DNA of 64,000 bases from Setoptus koraiensis (taxonomy: Eukaryota; Animalia; Arthropoda), in NCBI GenBank assembly GCA_048013815.1, contig CM106586.1, positions 62,001 to 126,000 on the forward strand. The letters are read 5' to 3'. Positions 1 through 13,560 of the stretch are shown here, in pieces. The stretch's first letter is position 1; every line of letters begins with the position of its first letter. Below the pieces are notes generated by a model. The model did no database searches. It was not told the origin of the DNA and saw nothing but the letters and a program-made list of their open reading frames with translations. Both the position numbers and the translations under genes were made by a program.

Positions 1-331
1 GGTGGCGGTGTCGCTGTTGTCGTTGTTGTTGTCGTTGCTATTGGTGGTGCTGTTGTTGTTGTTGTTGTCGCTGTTGCAACAGCACACTTTACTCAACTCT
101 GTCGATTCACGTAACACTATTGCAATTGCTCGTTAAAAGCTGCTGGATGAAGCAGCCAATTGAGGCAGCCACTTGACGGCACACACACACACACGCACAA
201 CTAGTGTTAGGTAATATTAGCGATAAATGCGAGGAGTGGAGCAAACACACACACACACACACATCAATTATCTTTTGGGCCATCTTTTGTCGCCCTTCAT
301 CAACATCATTATCTCACCAGACAGCAACCAC

Positions 332-385
332 CAGCCAACAGTCGGCAGCCAGCCAACAGTCGGCAGCCAGCCAACAGTCGGCAGC
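332..385. repeat. 18-bp tandem repeat (CAGCCAACAGTCGGCAGC) x3
   Basis: three exact copies read directly. Confidence 0.9.
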
Positions 386-2475
386 CAACAGCCAGCACAC
401 GCAACAACGCCAACCAACAGCAATGGCAACCAAGGCAGTGCCAACCAACCAACAACAACAACAATTATGCAAATTGAATACCTAACCACTTTTGCTCGGG
501 CCACCCCCAACGGAAGGCGCTCCGATGAATCAAATTGCAACTTAACACACGCTTGTGTCGCCTATGCTGCAACACAAACAGCGCCAATGCAATAGGCAAA
601 ATGCTTCATTGTATTGCTATGCACCGTCGGATGCAACTTATCGCGGCAGCATTAAACTTGACTTATCTCTCACTTGCGCGCCTTGTTAGCTCATTGCCGC
701 CAATCGTCTTGGCAGCGTCTTCTTTTTTTTAATAATGGTGATGATGGCGAAACCAAACGCACAAACACACACACCACGCACATTAGGTAACAACAAACAA
801 CAAGCCCCGCCGAGAAAGCGCCACACAGCCGGCGAGCCAGACACGAGAACGCGATTAGATTAGTTGATTATTTGTCGTCATATCTGCGCCTAATTATTGC
901 GTCTCGGCAAGCCAAGTTTGAACGGCGCGCAGGGGTGACAATTGTAAATACTCTCACCTTGATACCTCACCTTGTGCCATTGTTGTGGCTGTGGTTGTTG
1001 TGGTTGTTGTCGTGGGTGCCGTTGCTGCCGGTTGTCGTGACGCTCATGTGACAATTCAGCTATATCAAATGGGCCAACAAGAAAAGTAAAGCTGCGTCGA
1101 TAAATAATTGGCAATTGAGAATCGAGAAATGAGTTTAACAAGTAAGTTGTAAGTTGAGCGAGCCAAATGGGCCGAATAGGCCGCTTGATGGATGCATTGT
1201 GGCAACAAATAACTAGCAACGTTTGCGTATGCAACTTGTTTAAAATAGCAAAATATATATAAATTATAATTGACTGCATCGCAACAACAAGCAAGCGCAT
1301 TTGCATTGAGCAGTCAAACTAATGCAACGTGCCCAAATGCGCCATCTCGTCACCCATCGGACACTGGCAATTTGGTGACTTGCCGCCATCATTATCAAGC
1401 GTCAGGGGCGCGCGTAATCGTCGTATCTCCATATATGCTCGTCATATAGAGTGGCATAAATAATATGATATCCAACAACGAAGCGACAGACAAAGAGACA
1501 AAAACAATAAACATAAATTATATTGCATATCTCGATTGTTTTTGTCTTGTGCGTTGTTTGTGTGCCAATGAGCGCGTGCTCGCCACGAGCTCACGTTGAT
1601 GCTAACGCGATGATGCTGATGCTTACGTCATCTACCTGATGATGATGCAGTTGTTGTTGTTGTTGTTGTTGTCGCTGCTGTTGCTGATGTTGCTGTTGCT
1701 GTTGTTGTGCCTGGTCCCCTGATGATGCTGGCACCGCCAGAATTGTGATGAGAGTTTATTAATATGTAAGCGCGTTACGTAACATATGCCTCGGTTATAT
1801 ACGAGCCATAGCTTCAGTTTAATGTTATATAATACATATGCATTGTGACCATATTTTAAGTGCCATTACGTAATCATAATCTAACGGGCAACATTATCTG
1901 ACGAGTGGCGAGTGGCACGAGCCACTTTACTGGCCACGTTGCAGACAGTAGTTTAGGCAAACAACAATAAACTGATTGGCTCATATTGTTCAAGCTCTGT
2001 CAGCTGATACAGGTACGTGGCATGGTAAATATTGCAAACGCGCAAAGTGGCTCCACTGCAAATACACACATTCCGTCATTATCCGTCACCATGGACACCC
2101 AAACAATGGCCGCTTGTCAGCGAGCCATCGCTCATATCGCTGCGGCTGCTTAATTGTTTCTCTCTGCATCATACTTCTAAACACCAGATAGATAAATAAT
2201 AGGCAAATAGATAAATAGGTAAATAAGTATATAGATAAATAGATCGGATAAACGCAATATTCGCGCACACTTTATCTGTTTAATCCATGAGTTTGTACAA
2301 TCATTCATACGAATCTGCCGCATGAGCTCAGATCGCGCTCGCCTCTATGCGTCGCCACTGTACAAACAAACGACGCCAACAATGCTGATTTGTGAATAAG
2401 ATAAATCTTATCTACTCACTCTATCCTTTGCTCCAGCTGTGGCTGTTGTTGTTGTCGTTGTTGGTTGCTGCTGCC

Positions 2476-2555
<80 letters not shown>

Positions 2556-2556
2556 C
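2476..2556. repeat. (AAC)27 microsatellite
   Basis: perfect trinucleotide run. Confidence 0.95.
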
Positions 2557-4736
2557 TTACCAAGGTAAGTAGCGGTCAGCTGATCGTGCGACAAACGTCA
2601 TTGAGTCGCACTGACATTGGTCAGTCGTCATGTGACCTCGCACAATTTTCATTACATCGACCTGCTATTGCACAGTTGCGCAACAACAAAATAACAAGTG
2701 TTAATGTTCTTCCTGGTGTGTGTACGTCGCCCGTTATATAACGCAAAGAAAACTCGTCATTCGAGTGTCGCCAAGCTCCAACAATCGCCGCTAATTACTA
2801 ATTAACACACACAAAATTGGACTGTGTGTCCGCTATTATGTTTGAGTATTTGAGTGTGTGTGTGTTTGAAAGTTGTCGGATGCTCTCATAGGAGCGGGTG
2901 TTGTTTCAGCGGAAGACCAACATGAAATGAATTAATTTTTAAATGCTGCACACACAATCATCACACATTGGCCCGTGATTATGATTGCTGAATAGTCAAA
3001 CAATAGAGGCGACACAACATGTTGTTGATCTTGCCACTGCTGATGTCAATTCTATTCAATGTATCAGAGTTAGTTAGATCATTGTTGTGTGCAACTGTCA
3101 TACTCCGCTCTACGTACATTGTCTGCCCAAATTGCATTACATAATTCATTTTTCTGTTGTTTTAGAGACAGAGAGAGGGTTTTGTCGGAACAGCAAACAC
3201 AAACACAATGGTCACTTGACATCTCGCTCTAGATTTTATGCAAATGAGAAAAGTGAGATTTGTGTAGCGTTGTCTCAAATAAGTGACCAGAACCGGTTGC
3301 CGTTGATAATTATTGCAGCTTCAAATAACAGTTTGTGTGTGCATTAGAGTTTGTGTTTGCTGTCTGTGCCGGTCTCACCAGGTAAATTGCGAACTGCGCA
3401 GCACAATCATTGTGAGTCGCATGGCCAACAGCGCAAGATTTTGACATTTCAACCAGCAAACAAACAAACAAACGAACAAACAAACAAACAAACAAAAATT
3501 AATAACTAACAATAAATGCAACATTCGTGTTGAGACGCTGTAGGCTGTGCAGTTGACAGTGTGAACAGAGACATGTCATGTTTGCATCCATTGAGCACAG
3601 CGTGGCCAGCTGTCAATTTGCCTCATCACTGTGACTAATTAGCTGTGTGGTAGCTGCGACATGAGCGACGGATGGCGACAAATAATTGGTCACAATATTG
3701 CCCATCGCAATTATTGAGAGACGAGAGATCTCAATGAAGAAAGAAAGAGAAATTTGTTGTTTTGTTGTGTCTTCATTATTAGCCAATACACACACACACC
3801 AGGCACCAGGTAATGATGGCGATAATTAAGCGACCAAAAAGAATTCTACTGTGTCGCATGATGAAATGTCACCAGAAACAGCGAGACTGGTCTTGTTGTT
3901 GTCGTCGTTGTCGTTGTTGTTGTCGTTGTTGCTGCTGTTGTCGTGCCCATCATCTAACTGTTGTGTCGCTGTTGTGAGCCAGCAGCTACATCATGAGCAC
4001 ATGAGTAGCACAAGCGGCAACAGCAACAGCAGCAGCAGGTGAGTTGTAATGGATGACATTGGAGATGGCGGTTGTTGTGTGTGATGGCGGATGAAGCAGA
4101 CAGAAATTGACGACTAACACACGACAGCACACAAGCGAGCATGAATGAAGTTTGATTATTATTATGATGCTTGCTTGCACTAACAACAAGGATGAGAGTG
4201 ACGTAACAGATAGAGCGAAAGTAAAAAGTCAAAAGTCAGAGAGAGAGCGAGAGTTGATTGGGCAACTGGCGCAAAAAGTGGGTCAATTCTTAGATTGTGG
4301 TCATCTGTGTGTGTGTGTGTGTGTTTGTGTGCACTTGTCACTATATCTCGCTGTTGCTGTCAATTGTGTATAAGTTGGCTGGCTGTTTGTTCAAACGAGT
4401 TCACTCTCACTTGCTGCTTTATCTTATTTGCATAATAATAATTATCGCCGTCTTCATCAGCATAATGAGCAACGATCTTGAATGTAAGCTCACTCTGATT
4501 TTTGCTCAGATGCTTGCCTGCTCAAATGGCCCTCTTGTTGACTCATTCAAAGGCCAGCTGGCTCACTATTGCTCAGGCCGGCCATTTACTAGACACTGTT
4601 TACCACATTCTACCGTTATCCTTGTTGTCGTTATTATTATGTATATATAGAAGCCAGCTCAACAAGATTCACTTTCTTTCTTACGCTCCTCTTTGCCTGT
4701 TGTTCACCTGTTCACCTGTTTATCTCTTCACCTGTT

Positions 4737-4773
<37 letters not shown>

Positions 4774-6017
4774 CCGTTGCAATAATACAACAAGTGATAC
4801 TGTTGCGCACTGTCACAGCCAGACTGTTTGTGTGTGAGTAAAACCAGAAAGAAGTAAAAATGGAAATTGAAAATTATCTGCCTCATCGACACAATACAAC
4901 ACGATCATGATGACGATGACGACGATGACCATCATCATGATGACCATGGTGAGTGGCTCATTATTGAGCGGTGAATAAACATTATTGATAGTATTTTTAT
5001 ACCATTACACACATCATATCGGCTAGTCGCATCGGCCAACTGAAGCATGCCCAGCACATCACCTGTTATGTAAGACAGATGTATCACCTGTATACAACAT
5101 GCAACATGCAACATGTAACAGACGGCAGCATCTTATTTGGTCTTGTTATGTAACATAGTTTTGTATATAACAGTTAATAACAAAAGTTATTAACTGCACT
5201 GCGCTGCTGACGATCAGCTGCAAGCTAAAATAGAGCCAGTTAATAGATGGTTTAATGTCTGTTGTCTTGTCCTGTCTATTGGCTCGATTTTTTCTTGTTT
5301 AGGGTGATTGCGTCAATCAAGCTAAACAAGAAAACAAGCACACAACCAACAGCTAATAATGATTACTCAGCAACAACGGGGCACAATTAATACCCCGTTG
5401 CTTTTGACCAATATTCAACTTTTGAAAATTATCATTTATCTGTCTGTCTGCTTGAGTGACTCGCCAGCGAGCTAGTTGACTGGCATGTCACACAATTGTC
5501 AGCTGTTTGCGTTGTTGTTTGTGTTAGCTAACATATTACTAGCCGCCAGTTGTTGTTATTGTACCCCCCGTCGCATTGCCAGCTGTTTTGGCTAGCTCGC
5601 GTTGTTTGTGTCAGCTCTTGGCGCTTTAATTTGCTTTTAACGTTGCCAGCAGCAACAACAGCAGCAACAGCAACGACGACCGTTAGCTCGACAAGTCACA
5701 GTGGCCACAGTGGTTGTGGCGCACATGCAAACAGCGTTGTTGTGATGATTTGAATTTCGGATGCAAGCAAACAGAGCATTTGTTGTTGACCACTGACAAC
5801 AACATTGTGAGCCAATCAGCAGCAACACTGTATCACTGTGCAAGGTAAGATGATCATTTCCTTGTTTGTCACGCTTTCTCTGCCGGTGGAAAAAGTTGAG
5901 TCACAGTCGTGTTCAAGTTTTGTCCAGCAACAGACTTGTTCAAATGTGTGCACCATTTATTTATAGATTTGGCGCCCGTTTTGCAGCCAGTCAGCCGACC
6001 GACTGGCTGGCTGGCCG

Positions 6018-6062
6018 GTGACACTAGTGACACTGGTGACACTGGTGACACTGGTGACATTA
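6018..6062. repeat. 9-bp tandem repeat GTGACACT(A/G), about 5 copies
   Basis: read directly. Confidence 0.85.
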
Positions 6063-6832
6063 GTGGCAGATGCCAGACGGTTGAGCACACAAGAAGCCAC
6101 AAGAAGACGGTCCACATCACCTTGCTAGCGTCCGTCTGACAGTGTGCCAGTGCTGCAGTGTTGCATGATGCAGCAGCCCCATTTATATGCGCATCATCTG
6201 TTGTCCGTTGTCGCTGTTGGTTGTGCCGCCGTTGAATAATAACAAAGATTAGAAAGTTTTGTTGTCAGAGGAGAAATGTTTTATGATGCAACTAGCGCGT
6301 GTTTGCCACGCGCATACTCATCATTCAATGAATCACTGATGGCAATAAGCGGCGCCAGCAGCTTGCAGCATGTGCTGTGATTATTGCCAGTGAATGAATG
6401 AATGAACGACATTGTGCAACCGGTGGTCTGCTTATTATCTAATCATAGTGAGTAGCACACTTATACTATTACTGAGCACCAACTATATCCATTGCCACCA
6501 CACTCGTTGCATAATGTTGCAATTGATGATTGCGCGCGCGCGCGCGCTTCCACCAATAGTCAGATGGGTGCAGCAGCATAAAACAGCTGATGAGCAACAA
6601 TATGGCCACACGGCAACTGTTACCTATTTGCACGTTATTTGCACGTTCTTGCATCGTTTGCTTATTGCGACAAGTTTTGGCGGGCGCGTGATCACACCTT
6701 GCACCATATAGACCTACAACAGCCAAGTAAACCATTGGCGGACGCACCATTGCACCATTGCACCGTCGCAACTAGAGCGATAGCAACGAAGCAACGACAA
6801 CGATTGCGGCATGAATGAACAGATGCACGCTG

Positions 6833-6866
6833 GCAGTCACTTTTTTAACGTTAAAAAAGTGACTGC
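6833..6866. repeat. 34-bp perfect palindrome GCAGTCACTTTTTTAACGTTAAAAAAGTGACTGC
   Basis: self reverse-complementary, no spacer. Confidence 0.95.
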
Positions 6867-7986
6867 TTTTACTTGGTGCACAATGGTGCATCACAATGGT
6901 GCAGTATGGTGCAGCAGCAGCAGCAGTACAGTGAAGTGCGTGGCAAAGTGTGGCCAACGCAGGCCAACGTGCAACGAGGGGCCAGAGGGGCCAAAAGAAG
7001 AAGCGCAGGCATCATTAGCAGCGGCTGCTGTTGTGTATTATAAATAATAACAACATGATGCAACTGCCTGTTGCCGGCTTGTACAGCCGGCCTGTCAGTT
7101 GTGCACCACCAGCCAATATATAGCAGCGGCCATCAATGTGGCCCCAATTCGGTGCAGCATTGAGCCGGTGCAGCCGTGTGCACAGTGTGATGTAGTGGTG
7201 CAACACATTGATGTCGCCCCAGTGGCCAATGACTGAATGTTAAAAGGGGGAGTGGGGGGCGCCATTTTAGGCAGGCTATTCTTAGCGCTCAAAAATGGAG
7301 CGCATATTCTTTGCTGACCATGGTGCTTGCATCACCCGTCATGATGATGCAAGGTGATGCAAGCACCTTTTACGCAACAGTGTAGCAGGCAGCAAATGTG
7401 GAGCACATTTGGCAGAGAGAAGCATGCACAGTAGTGACAAGCGCGCACCGTGGTGACATATGCGTCTCTGGCACAGCTGCACCGTGCAGCCCCAAATCAG
7501 TGGCATTGTGCGTTGGCCAAAATGGGCACCAAAAACGAAAAGCAACGATAAAACTTTTTATACTTTTCACTGGTCAGCGTGTGTGTGAGTTGCTCTCTTT
7601 TTATCACTTTGGCTACGTGCGGCCAATCGATGCTGACCACTCCATTGGCACACACTGGCGACAACAATTTTGGCCACTCTTCCGGCTTTGGGTCACTTTC
7701 ACCCAGCCCTGCAAAACGAGGACGAACTGTGAATAATCAGGGCGCACATTTTGCAGACACACTCAAGAAGTGTCACCAATTCTGTTTATTGGCAACAACA
7801 AAAATGGCCACCTAGTGGCCACCTCGCTCACCAATCTGTTGTGTAGTGCGGGTGAGCATGATGACCAATCGGTGGGCCTCTCGATGCCAACACCATGCGT
7901 CTCTCTAATTGTGCAAGTAAGTGCCTACTGGTTTCATCGATTGGGCAAACCTGACCATTTCGCTTTCGGTCGGGTGTTGATTACAG

Positions 7987-8181
7987 GTTGATTGCAAGTG
8001 ACAAAGCGGACGCTTATTCTGCCGTTAGCTTATTTGAGTTTGCAGTAAACGCACGTCTAAGATTATCAGATCAACTTTGCATCAACGAATTTGTAGTTGC
8101 TGAGAGGCTAGCTGAACCAGGCAGCCTCTTTAAAGAATATCGAATGTCTCACAAAAAGAACAGCATCGAATTGATTCAATT
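7987..8181 (+). CDS. Candidate exon of an unidentified gene
   Basis: ttacag| acceptor, TT|gtaagt donor, 64 open codons of non-repetitive sequence (LIASDKADAYSAVSLFEFAVNARL...); followed by a 107-nt intron-like segment with a pyrimidine tract and cgtacag acceptor. Confidence 0.3.
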
Positions 8182-11153
8182 GTAAGTGTCAGCACACCAT
8201 CAAAATCACTGACTTTCTCGACAAGCCAGACTGCGGTATCTTGTTTGGATTTTCGTTTTCCGTTTTTGTTCCGCTGACCGACGTACAGAGCACAACAATA
8301 GCTTATGTCGAGCCCGTTAAGTATTTCGTGATATAGTGTGTCCAGCAAGAAGTAATAGAGGCCCGCGATGGTTGCCCAGAGAAGCAGTGAGTGGAACAAG
8401 GAAGTGTCTATATCTCTGGCAATATATGTACTCATTGTTGCACACTGACTTGTGAGTACAACCGACTAAATCCAGAGAAGAGTCACACAGGAGAGATGAG
8501 GCCCTGATTGGTGCTAGTTGCCTGACTATCAACCATTCACTATTTATCTATTCCGGTTTCTTTATTCCGTATTGAATTATTTTGTTTTTGTTGGCCCACT
8601 TTCTATCACAGCACTTGCGTTATCCCACTAACCCAACCACCAATTGGTAACTAAACTAAATAAATTCTACTATTCAACAATAGTTACTATTTTGTGTGTG
8701 TGTGTGTGTGTGTCATTGAATAGTTTGAATTGAAAAATCTAATAATATATTCAGATTGCATATGCGTCGTTTATAAACAATCAGCAACAAACAGTGAACG
8801 TGCTCATAGTCATTTTTAGCAAGCTCAACAATGTAATCGCTTGAAGCAGAGCCACAATGTCCTCGAATTGGCTGCTCTATCTGTTGTCGCGTGCATTGTT
8901 TCAATAAATTAATAAATACAATGAGAAATAATAATAAGTTAACTACACGCAAACTAATTTATATTGTGCTTGTTCAATGGAAAAAGAAGCCGAAAATACA
9001 TTATAGTAGAATCTCGTTCCTTACGTTGTATTTATTCTTCCTCTTCCAATGTGACAACGGCGAATTTAAATTTACTAGGCACAATATACACTGAGAGAGC
9101 ACTTGCACATTAGTGATTACATATTACATTATCACCAATAACATGCAATGATAATAGTAAAATAAATATCTTTATTCTTTCGGTTGGTATGGATACCTTG
9201 GCGTATAAGAGAGTACAGTCACAAATACCATTTACAAGCAGCAGCCAGTTATAGACAATGAATCAATTGCATTCATTGCCATATGCGATTGCGAATCATT
9301 GGAAATGTTCGAGATGTTCATTTGTTGTTGCTCGCAATTCGCTTATCATCAAATGATTTGGGCTCCCATGCTGATCGGATTGGATCCCCACGCACAGCGA
9401 CCATTGTCATTTCAGCAGCAAGTCAATGGGACTTTTTTTTCATTAACTTTATAATATATTACATCAATAAATAGCAGATATCAGTATCAATGAATGGATA
9501 TGGCTTGCCGGTGATATGTGATGAGCGCCACAGTTGTGTTGCTCGGTTTACGCTATATATTGACAGCTATCCAATGTTGCTCGTGTGAGGCTATTGGCAC
9601 AACCAATTAGATAGCATCATATATCTTGCTCTACTTCCTACTATTACTATGTGAGTTTGTCTATTGTTTGTTGTTATGTAACACACACATCGTGTTACAT
9701 AACAACAAACAATGGCGGCTCAGCCGACTGGTGACTATTGGCGCAACCGTCAACTTACCGTTAGTTGTTAGGTGCAACAACACACACATTCTAAGACAAA
9801 CAGCGTGAATGAGGTGCAAGATAAATGATGATAAAATAAATTTAGATTTGTTTATTGGGCCAACATGATCTACGACAGCAATCTATTGGAGCATGTTGTA
9901 TTGTATGGAGCCAATAAATCTTATCTTACCTTGTTAGCGCTTATGTCATTCACCTGGCACTATATTATGGAAATCAGTGTGTGTCAAATAATAACATTAC
10001 TTATACAAGGTAATATCCCTTTGAATGTTTGTGCTATTTATACTGTCTAGATATTGTCTAGATACTGTCTCAATAGTGTCTCAATGGTGTCTATACACTG
10101 TATAGGGACATTGTCGATAGTATAAAGACTTGATTATAAGACTGTTTTTGTGGAACAAAATTCTAAAGAAATGAAAAAGTTGTTTGCATTGTAGCAACTT
10201 ATTGTTGCTGTAACTAATAATGCTGATTGTGTAATGATAGCTGCAACTGACAAGCAGCAAATTAAACTAGAGCAAACAAGTGACTGTAAACACACAAACA
10301 ATTGGCCGCAACTAACAATATACAATTGCTAATGTTACAATCATTTTATTACAATGTTTCAAATCAAACAATAATAATATATAATATTATTTGTATCGGT
10401 TGGCTCAATCATAAGTAATATAATAGGGCACATACGGTGTGATTAATTGAGACGACACGAGTTTTTGCGACGTATCGGTAAAAGTTGCTGCTAACAGTGA
10501 TTCAATCTAACTTTTCACTAACATGTTGTATTGTGTGTAACGTAGCCCATGTTACATAGGTGAAAACAACAAGCAATAAGCTGATTGTATCAACTGTGCA
10601 ATCAACTAATGATAAGTAATGATTTTATATGCGCCAATCGCACTTCTAACTGCGATGATTACCTGTCATAATGAGATGACAACATTGTTACAATTAGCAT
10701 ATAGGCTGGCATACCCGAAAATACCCAGCTACAGCTATATGTTACATTAGTACATGTGTGTTATATTGGTGTTGGCAAAAGGTACCAGATGCGGCCAACA
10801 AGCAGTTAACGAGCAACTAAGTCGATTGTTTTTGCTTGTTGTTAGTGCCATCAATGAGAATGAAATTGCCAAGTCAAATAATACCGTCCAACTTATAGTA
10901 ATAATAATGATGATAATAAAAATAACCAACTGGCATTGTCAATGACAATATTAGGTTACAACAATTAAGTTTGTATTGTCGGCCATTGGTCGGCCATAGT
11001 TGGGCTTGGGAGAAGCAGATAGGCAAAATTGGATAATGGAGTTAAATTGGATTTAAAGTGAGAACTGAAAACGATTGAAAAGAGCCCAGAAAACGAAGCG
11101 AACGAGAGGAACGCAGATAAAAGAACAGAGAAAAAAGATGGAAGACAAAGATG

Positions 11154-11156
<3 letters not shown>

Positions 11157-11185
<29 letters not shown>
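11157..11185. repeat. (TG)n microsatellite
   Basis: read directly. Confidence 0.9.
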
Positions 11186-11186
<1 letters not shown>

Positions 11187-12194
11187 GTGGCCCGCTTATA
11201 ATTCACGAACGGCGACCTTGAGCTGTTGAATATCCGACGCGCTTTCGAATCGACTCTCCGTGTCCCTTGCCAGAGCCAGCCTCACCTGAACAGGTACATA
11301 CTGGGTGAGTCAGGTAAGCTTGGCTCACCTAGTGTGCGCTTGGCGACCGACGGATCGACGGGTCGACAGACTGAATGAGTGAACGAGCGGCCAGACTAAT
11401 GGTTTGTGAGACGGTGCAATGATGGTAAAAAGTCCAACGGGATCGTCAATATTCATTCTCTCTGTGTGAGTGACCTCGAACATCCTCCCGAGTTTCGAGT
11501 CTCGACTGTCGAGTCTCGACTGTCCGACTGGCCGCTTGTCCGATGATGGTCGCAGTCGGTCCGTTGCACTGTAGCCAGTGTCATCAGGGGACGAGCACGA
11601 GTTTTAGTCGGTGTTGCTGCTCGAGCTAATTATCTCAGCCGGCTAGGCGTGTTGTGTGCCAATGTTGTTGTTGTCGTTTTGGTTGTTGTTGTCGTTTCGG
11701 TTGTTGCTGTTGTTGTGTGATGGTCATGAGAAAGAGTTGCGTCAAAAATAACATGACAACCTTTATGGTTAGATGGATTGCATTGGATAGAAATCTTTTT
11801 ATCAAATGAAATTCGTTCGAAAACACGCCGGACTGCAACTACCCTGTATCTCTCTTATCTGCTTAGTGCCTTGTGCATAGTGCATGGATATACCATGCCA
11901 GAGATACACCATTGTGTGCCAATTAAATAGATCTCTGTCTGTATTGTTGTTGTTGTCGTTGTCGTTGTCGTTGTTGCCGTTGTTGTCGCTGCTATTGTTG
12001 CTGCTGTTGCTGGTGCCGGTGGTGCTGGTGCGTCTGTTTGCTTGCCAAGTCAAGATCAACAACAATTACCAACAACAAACTATCATTATCACCATCACAA
12101 TTTTGCATGACTTTGCACTAGACAATGGCTCTTCACTTCTACCGATCGTTGTTGTCGCCATCGTTGACTACAACGGTTGTTGTCGTTGCCGTTG

Positions 12195-12226
<32 letters not shown>

Positions 12227-13500
12227 GGTGGTGGCGGTGGTGGCAGTGGTGGTGTCAGTGTCGGTGGTGTTGCTTTAGGGAAGGCAGTAATTTATCAACT
12301 CATGACCATCAACTAATCACACGCACACAATGAATTGTTATGTCGTCCTCTGTGTATGTGTTGCTGAACGACAACAACCAAAGCACAATTAGATGATGAT
12401 GACGCAATCTTCTCATCTCAACTGGTCAACTTTCCCTTTCGTTATGCTGGTCACTCACTTGTTGTTGTTGTTGTTGCTGCTGCTGTTGTATGGCCAGCTA
12501 ATCATCTCTATCTGTTGCGTAACATCTAACTGACATCAGCGTTAATAACAGTCTAGCCAACGTTAGTTAGACCGCTCGCTGTTGTCGTTGTTTGTGTCAG
12601 TTGGCTAGACTGTTTGTGTGTACTCACACTGTCAATTTCATCATAACGTGCTAACCACCACGAACAACAACAACAACAACAAATGACCATCTGTTGCTAT
12701 TGATCTTCTACTCTCTCTTCACTGTTGTGTTGATGCTTTCGATTTAACAAAGCCATTATATAAGTGAAAGTGTAGAATTATTTAGTGTTTCTTATAACAT
12801 TCACTTGGTTAGCCAGTTAGCTAGTTGTCTAATGCCCTATATACACCAAATGGTATACACAATTATTTGTACCCGGTCACACTATGTGCCTCGAGGCTCA
12901 CAAAATACCTACACCGGAATGCTAAATTGAATCGCTTGGCTACCTCAAGCCTACCTCAAGCCTATCTATATCCGTCTTAGGCTTGGTACCCGTTACTGTG
13001 CACGTACCCATATGAGCATTGGGTAGTTAGTTGGGATGGCGGTCAGCAGCAAGAGTAATCAGTGGTGTTGCAAGGCCATTAAGTGGTGCCATCTAGCGGT
13101 GAGAGCACACTAGACTGATTCTATTGTGCTTTCGCTAGTATGGAATCAGTGTAACTTTGGAAGGTTTCTCAGGTGGCCACTAGTAGTGTTCATTACGTAA
13201 TTGTGTGTGAGCAGCCTAGAAGTGTGTGTGTGTGTGTAAATGAGAATTGGAAGTGGCCCAAATTATCAGTTGCTGGTTGGTTGGTGCTGTTGTTAGTGTG
13301 GTTCTATTGTTGTGCACGTGCGACAACAACAACTGGACGTGAAACAACAACAACAGCAACAACAACAAGACATCAGTTGGTTGCACGTCATCTCAATCAC
13401 TTGATGATGACGATGGCTTCATTAGTTTATAGGATATCACTGCTCTCACTCGCCACCAACAACCAGCAACAGTAACCAGCAACAGCAGCCAGCAACAACA

Positions 13501-13560
13501 GCCAACAACAGCCAACAACAGCCAACAACAGCCAACAACAGCCAACAACAACCAACAACA
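13501..13560. repeat. 10-bp tandem repeat GCCAACAACA x5 plus one variant
   Basis: read directly. Confidence 0.9.

Noticed and set aside
204-595. ORFs with PTVGSQ/SQQSAA repeats
   Set aside because: Produced by the 18-bp tandem repeat and CAA runs; all frames are open and no homology is recognised
8310-8450. Plus-frame peptide GTRKCLYLWQYMYSLLHTD resembling the first ETS helix
   Set aside because: Bounded by stops, and no downstream exon with the rest of the ETS domain was found
11884-12333. 149-aa Leu/Cys/Trp-rich ORF resembling a membrane protein
   Set aside because: Translation of (GTT)n and (GGT)n microsatellites
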